This document shows positions 20,185 to 30,188 of a stretch of DNA of 64,000 nucleotides, piece by piece. Numbering within the stretch: the stretch's first letter is position 1; each line of letters opens with the position of its first letter. Location: NCBI GenBank assembly GCA_002278935.1, contig NCJL01000002.1:272267-336266 (forward strand), written 5' to 3'. The position numbers were made by a program, and so were the translations under genes. Under the pieces are notes generated by a model, which saw only the letters and a list, made by a program, of their open reading frames with translations, had not been told where the DNA came from and did not search any database. This DNA is from Gallionellales bacterium 39-52-133. GTDB taxonomy: Bacteria > Pseudomonadota > Gammaproteobacteria > Burkholderiales > Gallionellaceae.

Positions 20185-20997
20185 TTAGTTCACCAGCAGG
20201 GAGTCTTCCAGCATTTTCATTTCTGCTGCCGTAAAACCCGCAGCCAGACGGGCCGAAGTGTGCAGCGGGCCGCGCAGCCTGGGCGCATTGTATTCGCGCA
20301 ATAGTGTGCGGAAGGTCGTTAAAGGCTCAAGGTCACGCTGTTTGCACAGGTAGTTGTACCAGTGATTGCCTATGGCCACATGGCCGACTTCATCGTGAAG
20401 TATGGTTTTCATGATTGCGACAGCGTCATGCGCACCGGCCGACGCGAGTTTGTGCATGATGCCGGGCAGCACATCCAGGCCGCGCGCTTCGAGCACTCTG
20501 GGAACCAGCGCCATGCGCACCAGCGGATCGTGCGCGGTAATAACCGCCATCTCCCACAAGCCGTTATGCGCGGTAAAATCCCCATACTCATAGCCTTGCG
20601 TGCGCAACCAATTGCGCAGCAGAATGAAATGGCCGGCTTCTTCTGCGGCGACTTTCAGCCAGTCATCATAGTATTTCAGGGGCAGCTCGCGGAACCGGTA
20701 GATTGCATCCAGTGCAAGGTTGATTGCATTAAACTCTATATGTGCAAGCGAATGTATGAGTGCCGCGCGACCTTCAGCTGTGGATAGTTTGCGCTTGTCC
20801 ACCGCCAACGCAGAGACCATCGCAGGTTTTTCAGGACGGCCAGGGACGGGAATAGGGATGATTGCGGAGAGAGCGGCTGAGGATGTGATTTCACCCTGTT
20901 CCCAGGCATGGCGAAATTTGGCAACATTTTCAAGTTTGGTTTCCACGTTTCTGCATTGCAGGCAGAAAAGCGCGGTGGAAAATAGTTCATTCTGCAT
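20185..20997 (-). CDS. Ferritin-like domain protein (DUF455)
   Basis: 270 aa. The paired motifs HIEFNAINL and EEAGHF / HDEVGHV are typical of DUF455 di-iron-like proteins. Confidence 0.75.
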   Translation of the reverse strand: MQNELFSTALFCLQCRNVETKLENVAKFRHAWEQGEITSSAALSAIIPIPVPGRPEKPAMVSALAVDKRKLSTAEGRAALIHSLAHIEFNAINLALDAIYRFRELPLKYYDDWLKVAAEEAGHFILLRNWLRTQGYEYGDFTAHNGLWEMAVITAHDPLVRMALVPRVLEARGLDVLPGIMHKLASAGAHDAVAIMKTILHDEVGHVAIGNHWYNYLCKQRDLEPLTTFRTLLREYNAPRLRGPLHTSARLAAGFTAAEMKMLEDSLLVN

Positions 20998-21473
20998 AAG
21001 TGGTCATTAAAATATGAAGGGTAAGCCATTATGGTTGTGCGACAAATGAAGCGACAAGACGGCATTTTACGTTTAAGCGGCCTCAGGCAAAGCGTTATCG
21101 CATGTGGCTTTCTGCTACAGTGGCCATGTAAATTAAATTCGGTACCTGAATTTTTTCGTGAGACGAAACAGGATATTGCCTGTCAGATGTGAGGGATTAA
21201 TTTATTGAATAGGTTAAATATTTTTACCCGATGCAGATTGTTTCATGATTGTATCTGCGGTATCGGGGCTGTTACAGATTTACCCGTGTGTGAATAATTT
21301 AATTGAAGGGTAGAAATGCCCCTATTTTTCGTATTTAATAGAAGCACGGTTGTCGCAATTAGCGAATAGACTTGTACTTATAAAAATAAAAGCCTGGGCG
21401 CTTGCATTAATGACCCGGGTGATTTGGTTGACGAAATTCATTGTGAGGAATTTTGCGGCCACAGGAGGTAGCT

Positions 21474-22304
21474 ATGACACAAAATAAAATATATAAAGTT
21501 GCAGCGCTTGGTTTGTCTGAGATTGAATTGCGTTTCATCAAGATCATGCTGGCTTTGACTGTTCACGCTACAACGCTGCGCGAACACGGGCGTTACGAGC
21601 TGACTGAAGATTTGAGTGCGGCAAATATTGTTTTGCTGGATGCCGAACAGGATGAGGCCATGAACCGTTGGCGCATGTTGGCCGAGAAAAAATCAGCGCC
21701 CATTTTGCTGCTGATTACTGCTGCGAAACATGTACCCTATACTCAATATCATTTTCCCAGACCTTTTGGGCCGTCAAAGGTGCTGGCGATGCTGGATAAA
21801 ATTGCCAGGGATCAGCTCGAGAAGATTGTTGAAAAAGAGGTGTTTTCGGGAGAGGGAAAGTCTGCGCATCGACAACCTGCGGTGCAGAATGGCAATGCAA
21901 TCAGGTATCGCGCATTGGTTGTTGACGACAGTCCAACGGTGCGCAAGCAGCTCGTGCTTGAACTGGCCTGCTTCAATATCAAGGTGGATACGGCAGAAAC
22001 GGGCGAGCAAGGTTTGGAGATGCTCAGAAACAGTCATTACGACATCATTTTTCTGGATGTTGTGTTGCCCGGGACGGACGGTTATCAGGTGTGCAAAACC
22101 CTCAGAAAAGAACAGGAAACAAAGCGCACGCCAGTTATCATGCTGACCAGCAAATCTTCCCCTTTTGACAAGGTGCGCGGCTCGCTTTCGGGATGCAGCA
22201 GCTACCTGACCAAGCCGGTTGATTATGATAATTTTTTCAAAGTGCTGGAGGGGTTTCTTGCGCATATTAAAAGTGATCTGGCAGAAAGTAAAAAACGTGC
22301 ATAA
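21474..22304 (+). CDS. pilG: PilG-like response regulator with ~150-aa N-terminal extension, paralog 1
   Basis: AGGAGG lies 7 nt upstream of the ATG at 21474. The C-terminal receiver has VVDDSPTVR...FLDVVLPGTDGY...TSKSS...YLTKP, and the N-terminal half has no obvious match. Confidence 0.75.
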   Translation: MTQNKIYKVAALGLSEIELRFIKIMLALTVHATTLREHGRYELTEDLSAANIVLLDAEQDEAMNRWRMLAEKKSAPILLLITAAKHVPYTQYHFPRPFGPSKVLAMLDKIARDQLEKIVEKEVFSGEGKSAHRQPAVQNGNAIRYRALVVDDSPTVRKQLVLELACFNIKVDTAETGEQGLEMLRNSHYDIIFLDVVLPGTDGYQVCKTLRKEQETKRTPVIMLTSKSSPFDKVRGSLSGCSSYLTKPVDYDNFFKVLEGFLAHIKSDLAESKKRA

Positions 22305-22414
22305 AGGTTTAATCTTCTTGAACAGTTGCCCAAATGAAAGATTCAAGATGAACATTCATCAGTCATTTAATTGTTATGCCGCGAGTTATTCTTCAGGCTG
22401 GGTAGGGGGGACTT

Positions 22415-23275
22415 GTGACTCAAGATAAAATCAATCTGGTGGGGACGCTCGGCTTGCAGAAGCACGAAGTGCGCTTTATAAAAATTATGCTGGGTCTGAC
22501 TACTCATGCCCCAACCAGTCGAGCACAGGGTCGTTATGAATTGACTGAGGATGTGCATAAAGCCAACATTGTTATCGCTAATTCCGAAGATGATGACGCC
22601 ATGCAGGCATGGCAAAAATTGTTCCAGATCAAGCCTGCGCCAATGTTGCTGCTGGTCACCGAGGAAGGCAAGGCTGCTACTGCAAAGTATCGTCTGTCGC
22701 GCCCGTTTGGCCCGGCAAAGGTACTCATGTTGCTCGATAAAATGGTCAAGGAGCAGCAGGAGGGAGGAGGTGAGTCGGAAATATTTTCAGGAGAAGGCAA
22801 GTCTGCAGCACGTGACATTAGCCGTACTATTCCCGGCATTCCCTCCAGGCATCGCGCTTTAGTGGTTGACGACAGTCCGACGGTACGCAAATCACTTGTA
22901 CTTGAATTAGGCTCTTTCAATATACAGGTGGATACTGCAGAAACCGGGGAACAAGGGCTGGAAATGCTGGAGAAGAATCAATACGACATTATCTTCCTTG
23001 ACGTTGTCATGCCTGGAGCGGATGGCTATCAGGTGTGTAAAACCATCAGGCGCAACCAGCAGACCAAGCTCACACCGGTTGTCATGCTGACCAGCAAATC
23101 TTCACCCTTTGACAAAGTGCGGGGCTCACTCGCGGGATGCAGTGCATATTTAACCAAGCCGGTAGAGTATGAGAATTTTTACCAGGTTCTTGAGGAATAC
23201 CTGGCTCTGGCAAAAGACCCTGCCCTGGCAAAAGACCAGAGCTCCGGGCAGGCGGGATCGGCAAGCATGATGTAA
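22415..23275 (+). CDS. pilG: PilG-like response regulator with N-terminal extension, paralog 2
   Basis: GTG start giving MTQDKINLV, parallel to MTQNKIYKV of paralog 1. The receiver domain is nearly identical to paralog 1 and the N-terminal domain is about half identical. Confidence 0.75.
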   Translation: MTQDKINLVGTLGLQKHEVRFIKIMLGLTTHAPTSRAQGRYELTEDVHKANIVIANSEDDDAMQAWQKLFQIKPAPMLLLVTEEGKAATAKYRLSRPFGPAKVLMLLDKMVKEQQEGGGESEIFSGEGKSAARDISRTIPGIPSRHRALVVDDSPTVRKSLVLELGSFNIQVDTAETGEQGLEMLEKNQYDIIFLDVVMPGADGYQVCKTIRRNQQTKLTPVVMLTSKSSPFDKVRGSLAGCSAYLTKPVEYENFYQVLEEYLALAKDPALAKDQSSGQAGSASMM

Positions 23276-23339
23276 TCAGATGTTTCAAGTGACAAATCGT
23301 GTAATCAATTAATTTTACGTTTTTTCGAGGAGAATTATC

Positions 23340-23705
23340 ATGGCAGTAAGAAAAGCATTAGTGGTTGACGATTCAGCAGCCGACCTGGCAAATATCAAAT
23401 CCATTCTGAGTGATGCGGGTTGCATGGTGGTAACAGCAATGAGCGGCAAAGAGGCAATAGACAAGGCGAAGACTGAGCATCCGTCGCTAATTTTTATGGA
23501 TGTGGTTATGCCGGATATGGACGGGTATGAGGCCTGCCGACTGCTTTCACAGGATACGGGCACAAAAGGTATTCCCGTGGTATTTGTGACCAGCAAGGGG
23601 CAGAAAGCCGACAAAGTCTGGGGTGAGTTGCAGGGAGCCAAAGGGCACATTACCAAGCCTTATACAGCGGATCAGATTGTTGATCAGCTCAAGTCGCTCG
23701 CCTGA
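23340..23705 (+). CDS. pilH: Single-domain CheY-like response regulator (PilH-like)
   Basis: 121 aa with VVDDS...FMDVVMPDMDGY...TSK...ITKP. Confidence 0.8.
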   Translation: MAVRKALVVDDSAADLANIKSILSDAGCMVVTAMSGKEAIDKAKTEHPSLIFMDVVMPDMDGYEACRLLSQDTGTKGIPVVFVTSKGQKADKVWGELQGAKGHITKPYTADQIVDQLKSLA

Positions 23706-23727
23706 ACGTATAACCGGGTGAATCGGG

Positions 23728-24303
23728 GTGAATCAACAAATGGATGAACTTGCTTCCGTGAAAGCGGTTGGCAGTGAAGAGACGGCGATCAGTGACTGGC
23801 TGTTGCCCAGCGTTGCGCTTGATCGATTTGAACCTCCGGAAGGCATGGTGCTGTCCGATACAGTTGAAAAGGAGGCGGGGCGCTATGGCTTCAGGGTGGG
23901 TTCACTGGGCCTGCTCATGCAACTGGGCGTAGGCAGCGAAGTGATGGAGCTGCCTGCAATCTGGACGCTGCCCGGAGCGCCACCCTGGCTGCTGGGTTTG
24001 ATTAACCTGCGCGGCAATCTGGTGCCGGTATTTGAGCTCAGGATCTTGCTGGGCATGGAGCCGCGTGTGGCGGATCAGAAGCCGCTGGTGCTGGTGTTTG
24101 ATCAGGGTGAGAAGGCAGTCGGAATATTGATCGAGGACTTCCCCGTGCCGCTCTCGGCGTTGCATGCTTTGCCTAATTTGCCGCAATTGCCGACGGCGCT
24201 TTCCGGCCATGTGCGTACGGGATATGTGAAGGATTCATCAATCTGGCTGGAATTTGACCACAGTTCGTTCTTTGAGGAGATTAACCGGCAGGTTACCCAG
24301 TAG
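23728..24303 (+). CDS. pilI: CheW-like coupling protein (PilI-like)
   Basis: CheW-domain pattern ...LPGAPPWLLGLINLRGNLVPVFEL.... An alternative in-frame ATG is at 23740. Confidence 0.7.
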   Translation: MNQQMDELASVKAVGSEETAISDWLLPSVALDRFEPPEGMVLSDTVEKEAGRYGFRVGSLGLLMQLGVGSEVMELPAIWTLPGAPPWLLGLINLRGNLVPVFELRILLGMEPRVADQKPLVLVFDQGEKAVGILIEDFPVPLSALHALPNLPQLPTALSGHVRTGYVKDSSIWLEFDHSSFFEEINRQVTQ

Positions 24304-24412
24304 ATGAGCAGTGAAAGCTGGAAATGTATTCACGGATGGCAGTGTGGATCTGGCGTCGTGACGGATAATTTGAAATGGTTGAACAGGATAAAACACAAAT
24401 GAGGGTAGCAAA

Positions 24413-26245
24413 ATGAAAAATTTACGCTTTACGATCAGATTCCAGATTACGCTTCTGGCATTGGCAGGTTTGCTTTTCCTCGTCCTGGTTGGCGGTTTGG
24501 GTTATCAGGCGGTGCGATCACTGTCTGCGCAAGCCGGCAAGTCAGTTGCGCAAGCCTCAAATACGACAGACTTGCTTAACTCGATGCGTACCGCTCACGG
24601 ATCCTTTCTGTCCCAGCTGAAGGAATTCAAGAATATTGTGCTGCGCGGTGCCGACGCCGAGCGTTTTACGGCGCACATGGAATTGTTCGAGCAGGAGCAC
24701 ACCCTGCTGGTCGACAGTCTGTCTGAAACGCGTCTTGCTGCGGAAGCCGTGGGTTTTAAGGGAGTTGCAGCCATAGATCAGCTGCAGAAAGACAGTGATG
24801 TGCTGTTCAAAAAATATAATGATGCGCTCAAATATTTTAATTCTGCCAGCGCTTCCTCGGGCCTTGAGGTTGACCGGCGTGTACGGGGCCTGGATGAGCC
24901 CATCATCGAAGCATTTGACACGCTGGGTGAAGACATTACACAGTTCGCTATCACTAACAGTAAAGAAGCACAGGTTGGCCTGCAAAATTCCGCAAGTTCG
25001 ACCGAGATCAGAACGCTGCTGGCCCTGGCCTTGTCCTTGCCGATTTTGCTGGCGCTAAGTTTTTATATCACGCGTCGTATTGTGCGCAATCTTAATTTGT
25101 TTCAATCGACCATCGCCCAAATTAGCGCGGGTGACTATAGCGCCCGCGTCAATATTAAAACCAATGATGAGCTTGGCGTTTTATCCAGTGCCTTCAACGA
25201 ACTGCTGGATAGTCGTGTGGCCTCGCTTGCCAATGCCGAAAAGGAAAACAACGAGTTGAACGAGTCGGTGCTGTCGCTGCTGCACGCGGTGGCGCAGCTG
25301 TCGAGGAAAGATTTGACGGCAAAAGCCCCGGTTTCTGAAAACGTTACCGGCGCTGTTGCTGACGCGATTAACCTGATGGCCGGCGAAACCGCCAAGGTGA
25401 TGGCTGAGGTAAACAACATTTCCGCGGACGTGACCAAGGCGTCGATGTCGGTACAGGCACAGGCAGATAATATGCTGACGGCAGCCGAGCAGGATCGCGA
25501 AGAAGTGGACCGTACCGCGAACGCGTTGCAGACTGCAGCGCAATCGATGCGCTCAATTGCGAACCTGGCGCAGGAATGCAATAGCGTGGCGGATAGCGCG
25601 ATCAAGTCAACGCAGCTGGCGCTGAACACGGTGAACAGTACCGTAAGCGGTATTAACAGCACGCGTGACGTTATTCGCGAAACTGAAAAGCGGATCAAGC
25701 GACTGGGTGACCGTTCACAGGAAATTTCGGGTGTGGTTAACCTGATTAACGTGATTGCGGAACGTACGCATATTCTGGCGCTTAACGCCAGTATGCACGC
25801 GGCTTCTGCCGGTGAGGCGGGTCGAGGCTTTGCGGTGGTTGCCGACGAGGTGCAGCGTCTGGCAGAAAACGCCCGTCAGGCCACGCAGCAAATTTCAGCG
25901 CTGGTGAGCAACATCCAACTGGAAACGGCCGATACGGTTAGCACTATGAACTCCGCAATTGCGCAGATTGTGGAAGGCAGCCGGCTGGCCGAGCAGGCGG
26001 GTCAGCAGATGCAGTTGACGCAGCAGACAACCGCAGATCTGGTTGCATCGGTTAAACAGATTGCAGTGACTTCAGAAACCCAGGCGGCGGCGGGACAGGA
26101 TTTGATGACGCGTTCCGAGCATATCAGGCAGAGCAGTGAAAAAGCGACAGCACAGTTGCATGAACAGGCTTCGCAAACATCAAATTTGATGGAGTACGCA
26201 AAACAGCTGCTTGCAGCGGTTCGAGTATTCAAGTTGCCGGCATAG
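24413..26245 (+). CDS. pilJ: Methyl-accepting chemotaxis protein (PilJ-like)
   Basis: Two TM segments flank a ~180-aa periplasmic domain, followed by HAMP and the signalling hairpin [31 protein letters not shown]. Confidence 0.85.
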   Translation: MKNLRFTIRFQITLLALAGLLFLVLVGGLGYQAVRSLSAQAGKSVAQASNTTDLLNSMRTAHGSFLSQLKEFKNIVLRGADAERFTAHMELFEQEHTLLVDSLSETRLAAEAVGFKGVAAIDQLQKDSDVLFKKYNDALKYFNSASASSGLEVDRRVRGLDEPIIEAFDTLGEDITQFAITNSKEAQVGLQNSASSTEIRTLLALALSLPILLALSFYITRRIVRNLNLFQSTIAQISAGDYSARVNIKTNDELGVLSSAFNELLDSRVASLANAEKENNELNESVLSLLHAVAQLSRKDLTAKAPVSENVTGAVADAINLMAGETAKVMAEVNNISADVTKASMSVQAQADNMLTAAEQDREEVDRTANALQTAAQSMRSIANLAQECNSVADSAIKSTQLALNTVNSTVSGINSTRDVIRETEKRIKRLGDRSQEISGVVNLINVIAERTHILALNASMHAASAGEAGRGFAVVADEVQRLAENARQATQQISALVSNIQLETADTVSTMNSAIAQIVEGSRLAEQAGQQMQLTQQTTADLVASVKQIAVTSETQAAAGQDLMTRSEHIRQSSEKATAQLHEQASQTSNLMEYAKQLLAAVRVFKLPA

Positions 26246-26280
26246 AAAGATTCCTACACTGATGAAAAACCCGGGACATC

Positions 26281-29200
26281 ATGGATATGCATGAGGAAAA
26301 CTTGTCGCAATTCGGCTTGCTGGCCGCAGAAGCGGTTGATGAGCTGTGGGGGATGTTGGCAGGCAATCCCCAGGCAGAAGCCGGGGCTGGGCAGCAATTA
26401 CCCCGTTATATCGAAATCATGCAGCGCATTGAGGAAGCGGCCGCGAGCTCTGCGATGGACGGGTTGCAATCCCTTTTCGCCATGGTTGAAGCCAATTTGC
26501 AGACCATATACAGCGAAGGCAGGGAGCTGAATCCGGCAGAGCAGTTGTTGCTGGGGGAATGGCCCGAGTTGCTGATGGCTTACGTGATCAGCGGGGGTGA
26601 TGAAAGCTCAGTTGAGCCCTTGTTAAAAAATATGTCATCGGCCAGCTGGCCGTTGCCGATGGGTGAAGACGATATCGACATGCTGCGGCAGATGCTGCTG
26701 GTGTCGGCGGCAACGGATATTTCCGGCGCTGAACATATTGCCGTGCCGCAGGAAAACAATCTGCCCGAAGACAGTTATGCATCATCTTCTGTGATTAATG
26801 CGGAAGAGCCTGTTGTGATCTCCGTTGATTCACGCGCAATGCAGGATGTACCGCTGGTTGGCATACAAGTGGTTGACAGCGAAATGATCTCCATGCTGAA
26901 CAAGGAATTTGCGCTGATGACCGCGCAAATTAACGAGGACTTGTCGGCTGCTGTCAGCAAACATTTTAGTCCGCAGGAGCGAAGGGCAGCCCTGGCAAAC
27001 TATGGCGAATTGATTGAACGCCTGGCGATGGCAACCGAATCGGTTGGTCTGCTGGTATTAAGCAAAGTGTTTTTGCGGGTCAGGCAAATGCTGGATGAGA
27101 TCGAGGCCGATGTCAGCCCGCAGCAGCAAGCCTTGCTGGAACAACTGCCGGGTCGTGTTGCGGCCTACCTGGTGTGGCCCAATGACAGCAGCGCATGCGC
27201 GGCCCTGATTGATCTGCTCACAGACACCGCCTGGCAAACGCCTGTTCCGCAGGATGATGCCCCGCACTGGATTGCCGCCTTGTCCAATTTGGAAATTCAT
27301 GAAGGTGCAGTGGAGAAACTGGAGCGGCAAACCGAAGCCACGGCTGAAGATGTATCGCTCGCGCTGCCGGATGATATCAACGCCGAATTGCTGGATGGCT
27401 TGTTGCAGGAGTTGCCGCTGCAGACCGCCGCCTTTACCACGGCGATCGAGCATATCTCCGCGGGGCATGGTACGGCAAGCGATGTAAACCGGGCGATGCG
27501 TGCCGCGCACACACTGAAGGGCGCCGCCAATACGGTGGGGATAAAAGGCATTGCCAATCTGACACATCATGTGGAGGATATTCTGGTGGCATTGTCGGAG
27601 GAGAGTGCCTTGCCCGATGCAGAGCTCGCCGCCATGCTGGTAAATGCGGGCGATTGCCTGGAAGCGATGAGCGAAGCGCTGATGGGCGTGGGGCCGGTAC
27701 CCGAGCAGGCGCGCGATGTATTCCAGGCGGTGCTCGATTATGCAAACCGTATAGACCGCGAAGGTGTAAATGTCGTGGCGACGCCCGTGCCATCGACAGT
27801 TGAGCCGGGTGCTGTGGCTGGCGAAGCGGATCATGCTAAAAAATTCAATGAAATCAATAACTTGCAAGATAAGGGTCAGGGCTTGCGCGTGTCGGCGCCG
27901 GTGGTTGACGAGTTGTTGCGTCTGGCCGGTGAAACGCTGATTTCCAATTCGCAAATTCAGGACCGCTTGCGCCAGACAGTCAAGCAGGCGGAAGCGATGC
28001 AGAATCAGCAGAAACTGGTTGCCCAGCTGGTTGCCGAACTCGAAAATCTGGTTGATATTCGCGGTGTGGCGGCACCCCAGCAAAGAGAACGCGTCAAGGA
28101 TGATTTCGATCCCCTGGAGTTTGATAATTTCAGCGAATTGCACACGGTTACACGGCGCCTGATTGAGGCTTCTGCCGACTCGCAGCAGATCATGAGTCAG
28201 GTAAACGAACAATTCACCACCCTGGGTGATTTGCTCGAAGTGCAGCAACGCCTGCAAATGGCCAATCAGCATGCGGTGATCCGCACGCGCATGGTTCCCG
28301 TCAGCAGTATCGTTTCACGCTTGCAGCGTAGCGTGCGCCAGACCTGCCGTTTGCTGGACAAGCAGGTTGAGCTGGTCATCAGTGGTGAGAGCACCAACAT
28401 TGACAGCAACGTACTGACTGATCTCATGGATCCGTTGATGCATATACTGCGCAACTCGGTGGATCATGGCATAGATGATCCGCAGGCCAGGGTTGCCGCA
28501 GGCAAGCCTCCCGCGGGCCGCATTGAGCTGAGTTTTGCGCGTGAAGGCAATTCTATCGTGGTGCGCTGCAAGGACGACGGTGTCGGCCTGGACTATGAAT
28601 CAATCCGCCGCATTGCCGAGAGCAAGGGCATGATCGCGCCCGAGCGCAATCCAACCCCCGAGGAACTTGCCCGCCTGATTCTGGTAAACGGCTTTTCAAC
28701 GCGCGATGAAACAACCCAGGTTTCTGGTCGCGGTGTGGGCATGGATATCGTGTACAACCGCGTGCTGCAAATGAAGGGCACGCTCGCGCTGAATTCCGCG
28801 CGGGGCCTGGGGCTGACGGTTGAATTGCGCCTGCCGGCAACGTTGCTTTCCGCGCACACGCTCATCGTGCGCCATGGTGAAAAATTGATTGCCGTGTCCA
28901 GTCGCGGTGTGGAAGACATCCACTACGTCACGCTGGATCAGATCGAAAAAATCGGCTCGCAGCCGGTCTATCGGGTGGGCAATGCCGTGCATAACCTTGT
29001 CAGGCTGGAGACCTTGCTGGCCTTGCCCGTTGACAGGCGTGAAGCGGACCGTCTGGGCTTCCCGATTCTGCTGACCCGCATGGATGACGGCTCCCTGAGC
29101 GCAATCCTGGTGCAGGAGGTGATTGATGGCAGGGAAGTCGTGCTGAAAAATTTCGGGCATCACGTGCCAAAAATTCAGGGTGTCATTGGCGCGGTTATTC

Positions 29201-29700
29201 TGGGTGACGGCAGTGTTGCGCCGGTGGTCGACCTGGTTGAATTGCTGCGTGTACCCGCACGCAACAGCCTTGCAGAGCATGCCATGAGCCAGATGGCTGC
29301 TGCCGAGCAGCACGGCGCGGTGCATGACGCGCATACCGCGCTGGTCGTGGATGACTCGCTCACCGCACGGCGGGCGGCTGCAAAGGTAATGAAGGATGCG
29401 GGCTATACGGTACGCACCGCAATCGACGGGCTGGAAGCGGTTACAATTTTGCAGAACTTTGTACCCGATATCATGCTGGTGGATATGGAAATGCCGCGCA
29501 TGAACGGACTGGAACTGACAGCCCATGTGCGCAATGCAGAGCGCACAAAACATACACCCGTGATTATGATCACCTCACGCTCGACTGAAAAACACCGCCA
29601 GCAGGGCAAATCGGCAGGTGTGGATGTATACCTCACCAAACCCTTCAGTGACGAGGTTCTGCTGGATCATGTGGTGCGCCTGACCGGACAGCAGGCATGA
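26281..29700 (+). CDS. chpA: ChpA/PilL-like hybrid histidine kinase (Hpt, CheA kinase core, CheW, receiver)
   Basis: One Hpt (MRAAHTLKGAANTVG), N-box LRNSVDHGID, G1 DDGVGLD, G2 GRGVGMD, a CheW-like segment, and a C-terminal receiver VVDDS...LVDMEMPRMNG...TSRS...YLTKP. Confidence 0.85.
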   Translation: MDMHEENLSQFGLLAAEAVDELWGMLAGNPQAEAGAGQQLPRYIEIMQRIEEAAASSAMDGLQSLFAMVEANLQTIYSEGRELNPAEQLLLGEWPELLMAYVISGGDESSVEPLLKNMSSASWPLPMGEDDIDMLRQMLLVSAATDISGAEHIAVPQENNLPEDSYASSSVINAEEPVVISVDSRAMQDVPLVGIQVVDSEMISMLNKEFALMTAQINEDLSAAVSKHFSPQERRAALANYGELIERLAMATESVGLLVLSKVFLRVRQMLDEIEADVSPQQQALLEQLPGRVAAYLVWPNDSSACAALIDLLTDTAWQTPVPQDDAPHWIAALSNLEIHEGAVEKLERQTEATAEDVSLALPDDINAELLDGLLQELPLQTAAFTTAIEHISAGHGTASDVNRAMRAAHTLKGAANTVGIKGIANLTHHVEDILVALSEESALPDAELAAMLVNAGDCLEAMSEALMGVGPVPEQARDVFQAVLDYANRIDREGVNVVATPVPSTVEPGAVAGEADHAKKFNEINNLQDKGQGLRVSAPVVDELLRLAGETLISNSQIQDRLRQTVKQAEAMQNQQKLVAQLVAELENLVDIRGVAAPQQRERVKDDFDPLEFDNFSELHTVTRRLIEASADSQQIMSQVNEQFTTLGDLLEVQQRLQMANQHAVIRTRMVPVSSIVSRLQRSVRQTCRLLDKQVELVISGESTNIDSNVLTDLMDPLMHILRNSVDHGIDDPQARVAAGKPPAGRIELSFAREGNSIVVRCKDDGVGLDYESIRRIAESKGMIAPERNPTPEELARLILVNGFSTRDETTQVSGRGVGMDIVYNRVLQMKGTLALNSARGLGLTVELRLPATLLSAHTLIVRHGEKLIAVSSRGVEDIHYVTLDQIEKIGSQPVYRVGNAVHNLVRLETLLALPVDRREADRLGFPILLTRMDDGSLSAILVQEVIDGREVVLKNFGHHVPKIQGVIGAVILGDGSVAPVVDLVELLRVPARNSLAEHAMSQMAAAEQHGAVHDAHTALVVDDSLTARRAAAKVMKDAGYTVRTAIDGLEAVTILQNFVPDIMLVDMEMPRMNGLELTAHVRNAERTKHTPVIMITSRSTEKHRQQGKSAGVDVYLTKPFSDEVLLDHVVRLTGQQA

Positions 29701-30188
29701 TGCAACTCTCGCGCCCTGTCTCCAGCAGCACAGCGGCATTACTAAAAATTAACGGATTAAATTTGCTGCTGCCCCAGGGCGAGATACGCACACTCGAATC
29801 CGCCACCGAGTTGAACACCATTGCGCCAGCCCTGTGCAGCGCGGGCTGGATTGCCTATCACCAGAAAAGCTGGCCGGTTTACTGCCTGTCGGAAGACTTG
29901 AGCTTGTTGCAGGCAGTTCCGCCGGAGCGCAGGGCCTGCGCCATGATGACAATGGGCGCAGGCTTTATCGGAATCCTCTGCGATGACATGATTATTCTGA
30001 AAGATTTTATTGCCCAGCGCCATCAGCTGCCGCAGGCGATGAAACTGCCAGCCACACCAATATTGCATCTGGTCAATTATGAGCAAGGCATTGCCTGTGT
30101 CAGCAACGCAAAGCAGATGACTGCCTATATCGAACATCTGGTTTTGAATACAGAAGAACAAGGAAAGGTTCGCGATGGCGGAGAGTAA
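29697..30188 (+). CDS. Divergent CheW-like protein (ChpC-like) 1
   Basis: ATGA overlap with the chpA stop. The pattern LLLPQGEIRTLE...AGWIAY...WPVYCLSEDL loosely follows the CheW fold. Confidence 0.55.
   Translation: MMQLSRPVSSSTAALLKINGLNLLLPQGEIRTLESATELNTIAPALCSAGWIAYHQKSWPVYCLSEDLSLLQAVPPERRACAMMTMGAGFIGILCDDMIILKDFIAQRHQLPQAMKLPATPILHLVNYEQGIACVSNAKQMTAYIEHLVLNTEEQGKVRDGGE

Noticed and set aside
27058-29553. Long antisense ORFs inside chpA (27058-28272 and 28696-29553, minus strand)
   Set aside because: These are shadow ORFs opposite a well-supported kinase gene. They are Arg/His/Gln-rich with low-complexity composition and no motifs. The same applies to 754-1386(-), 3097-3828(-), 8757-9548(+), 9792-10289(+), 42188-43240(-), 52858-53508(-), 61366-61935(-) and 62731-63939(-).
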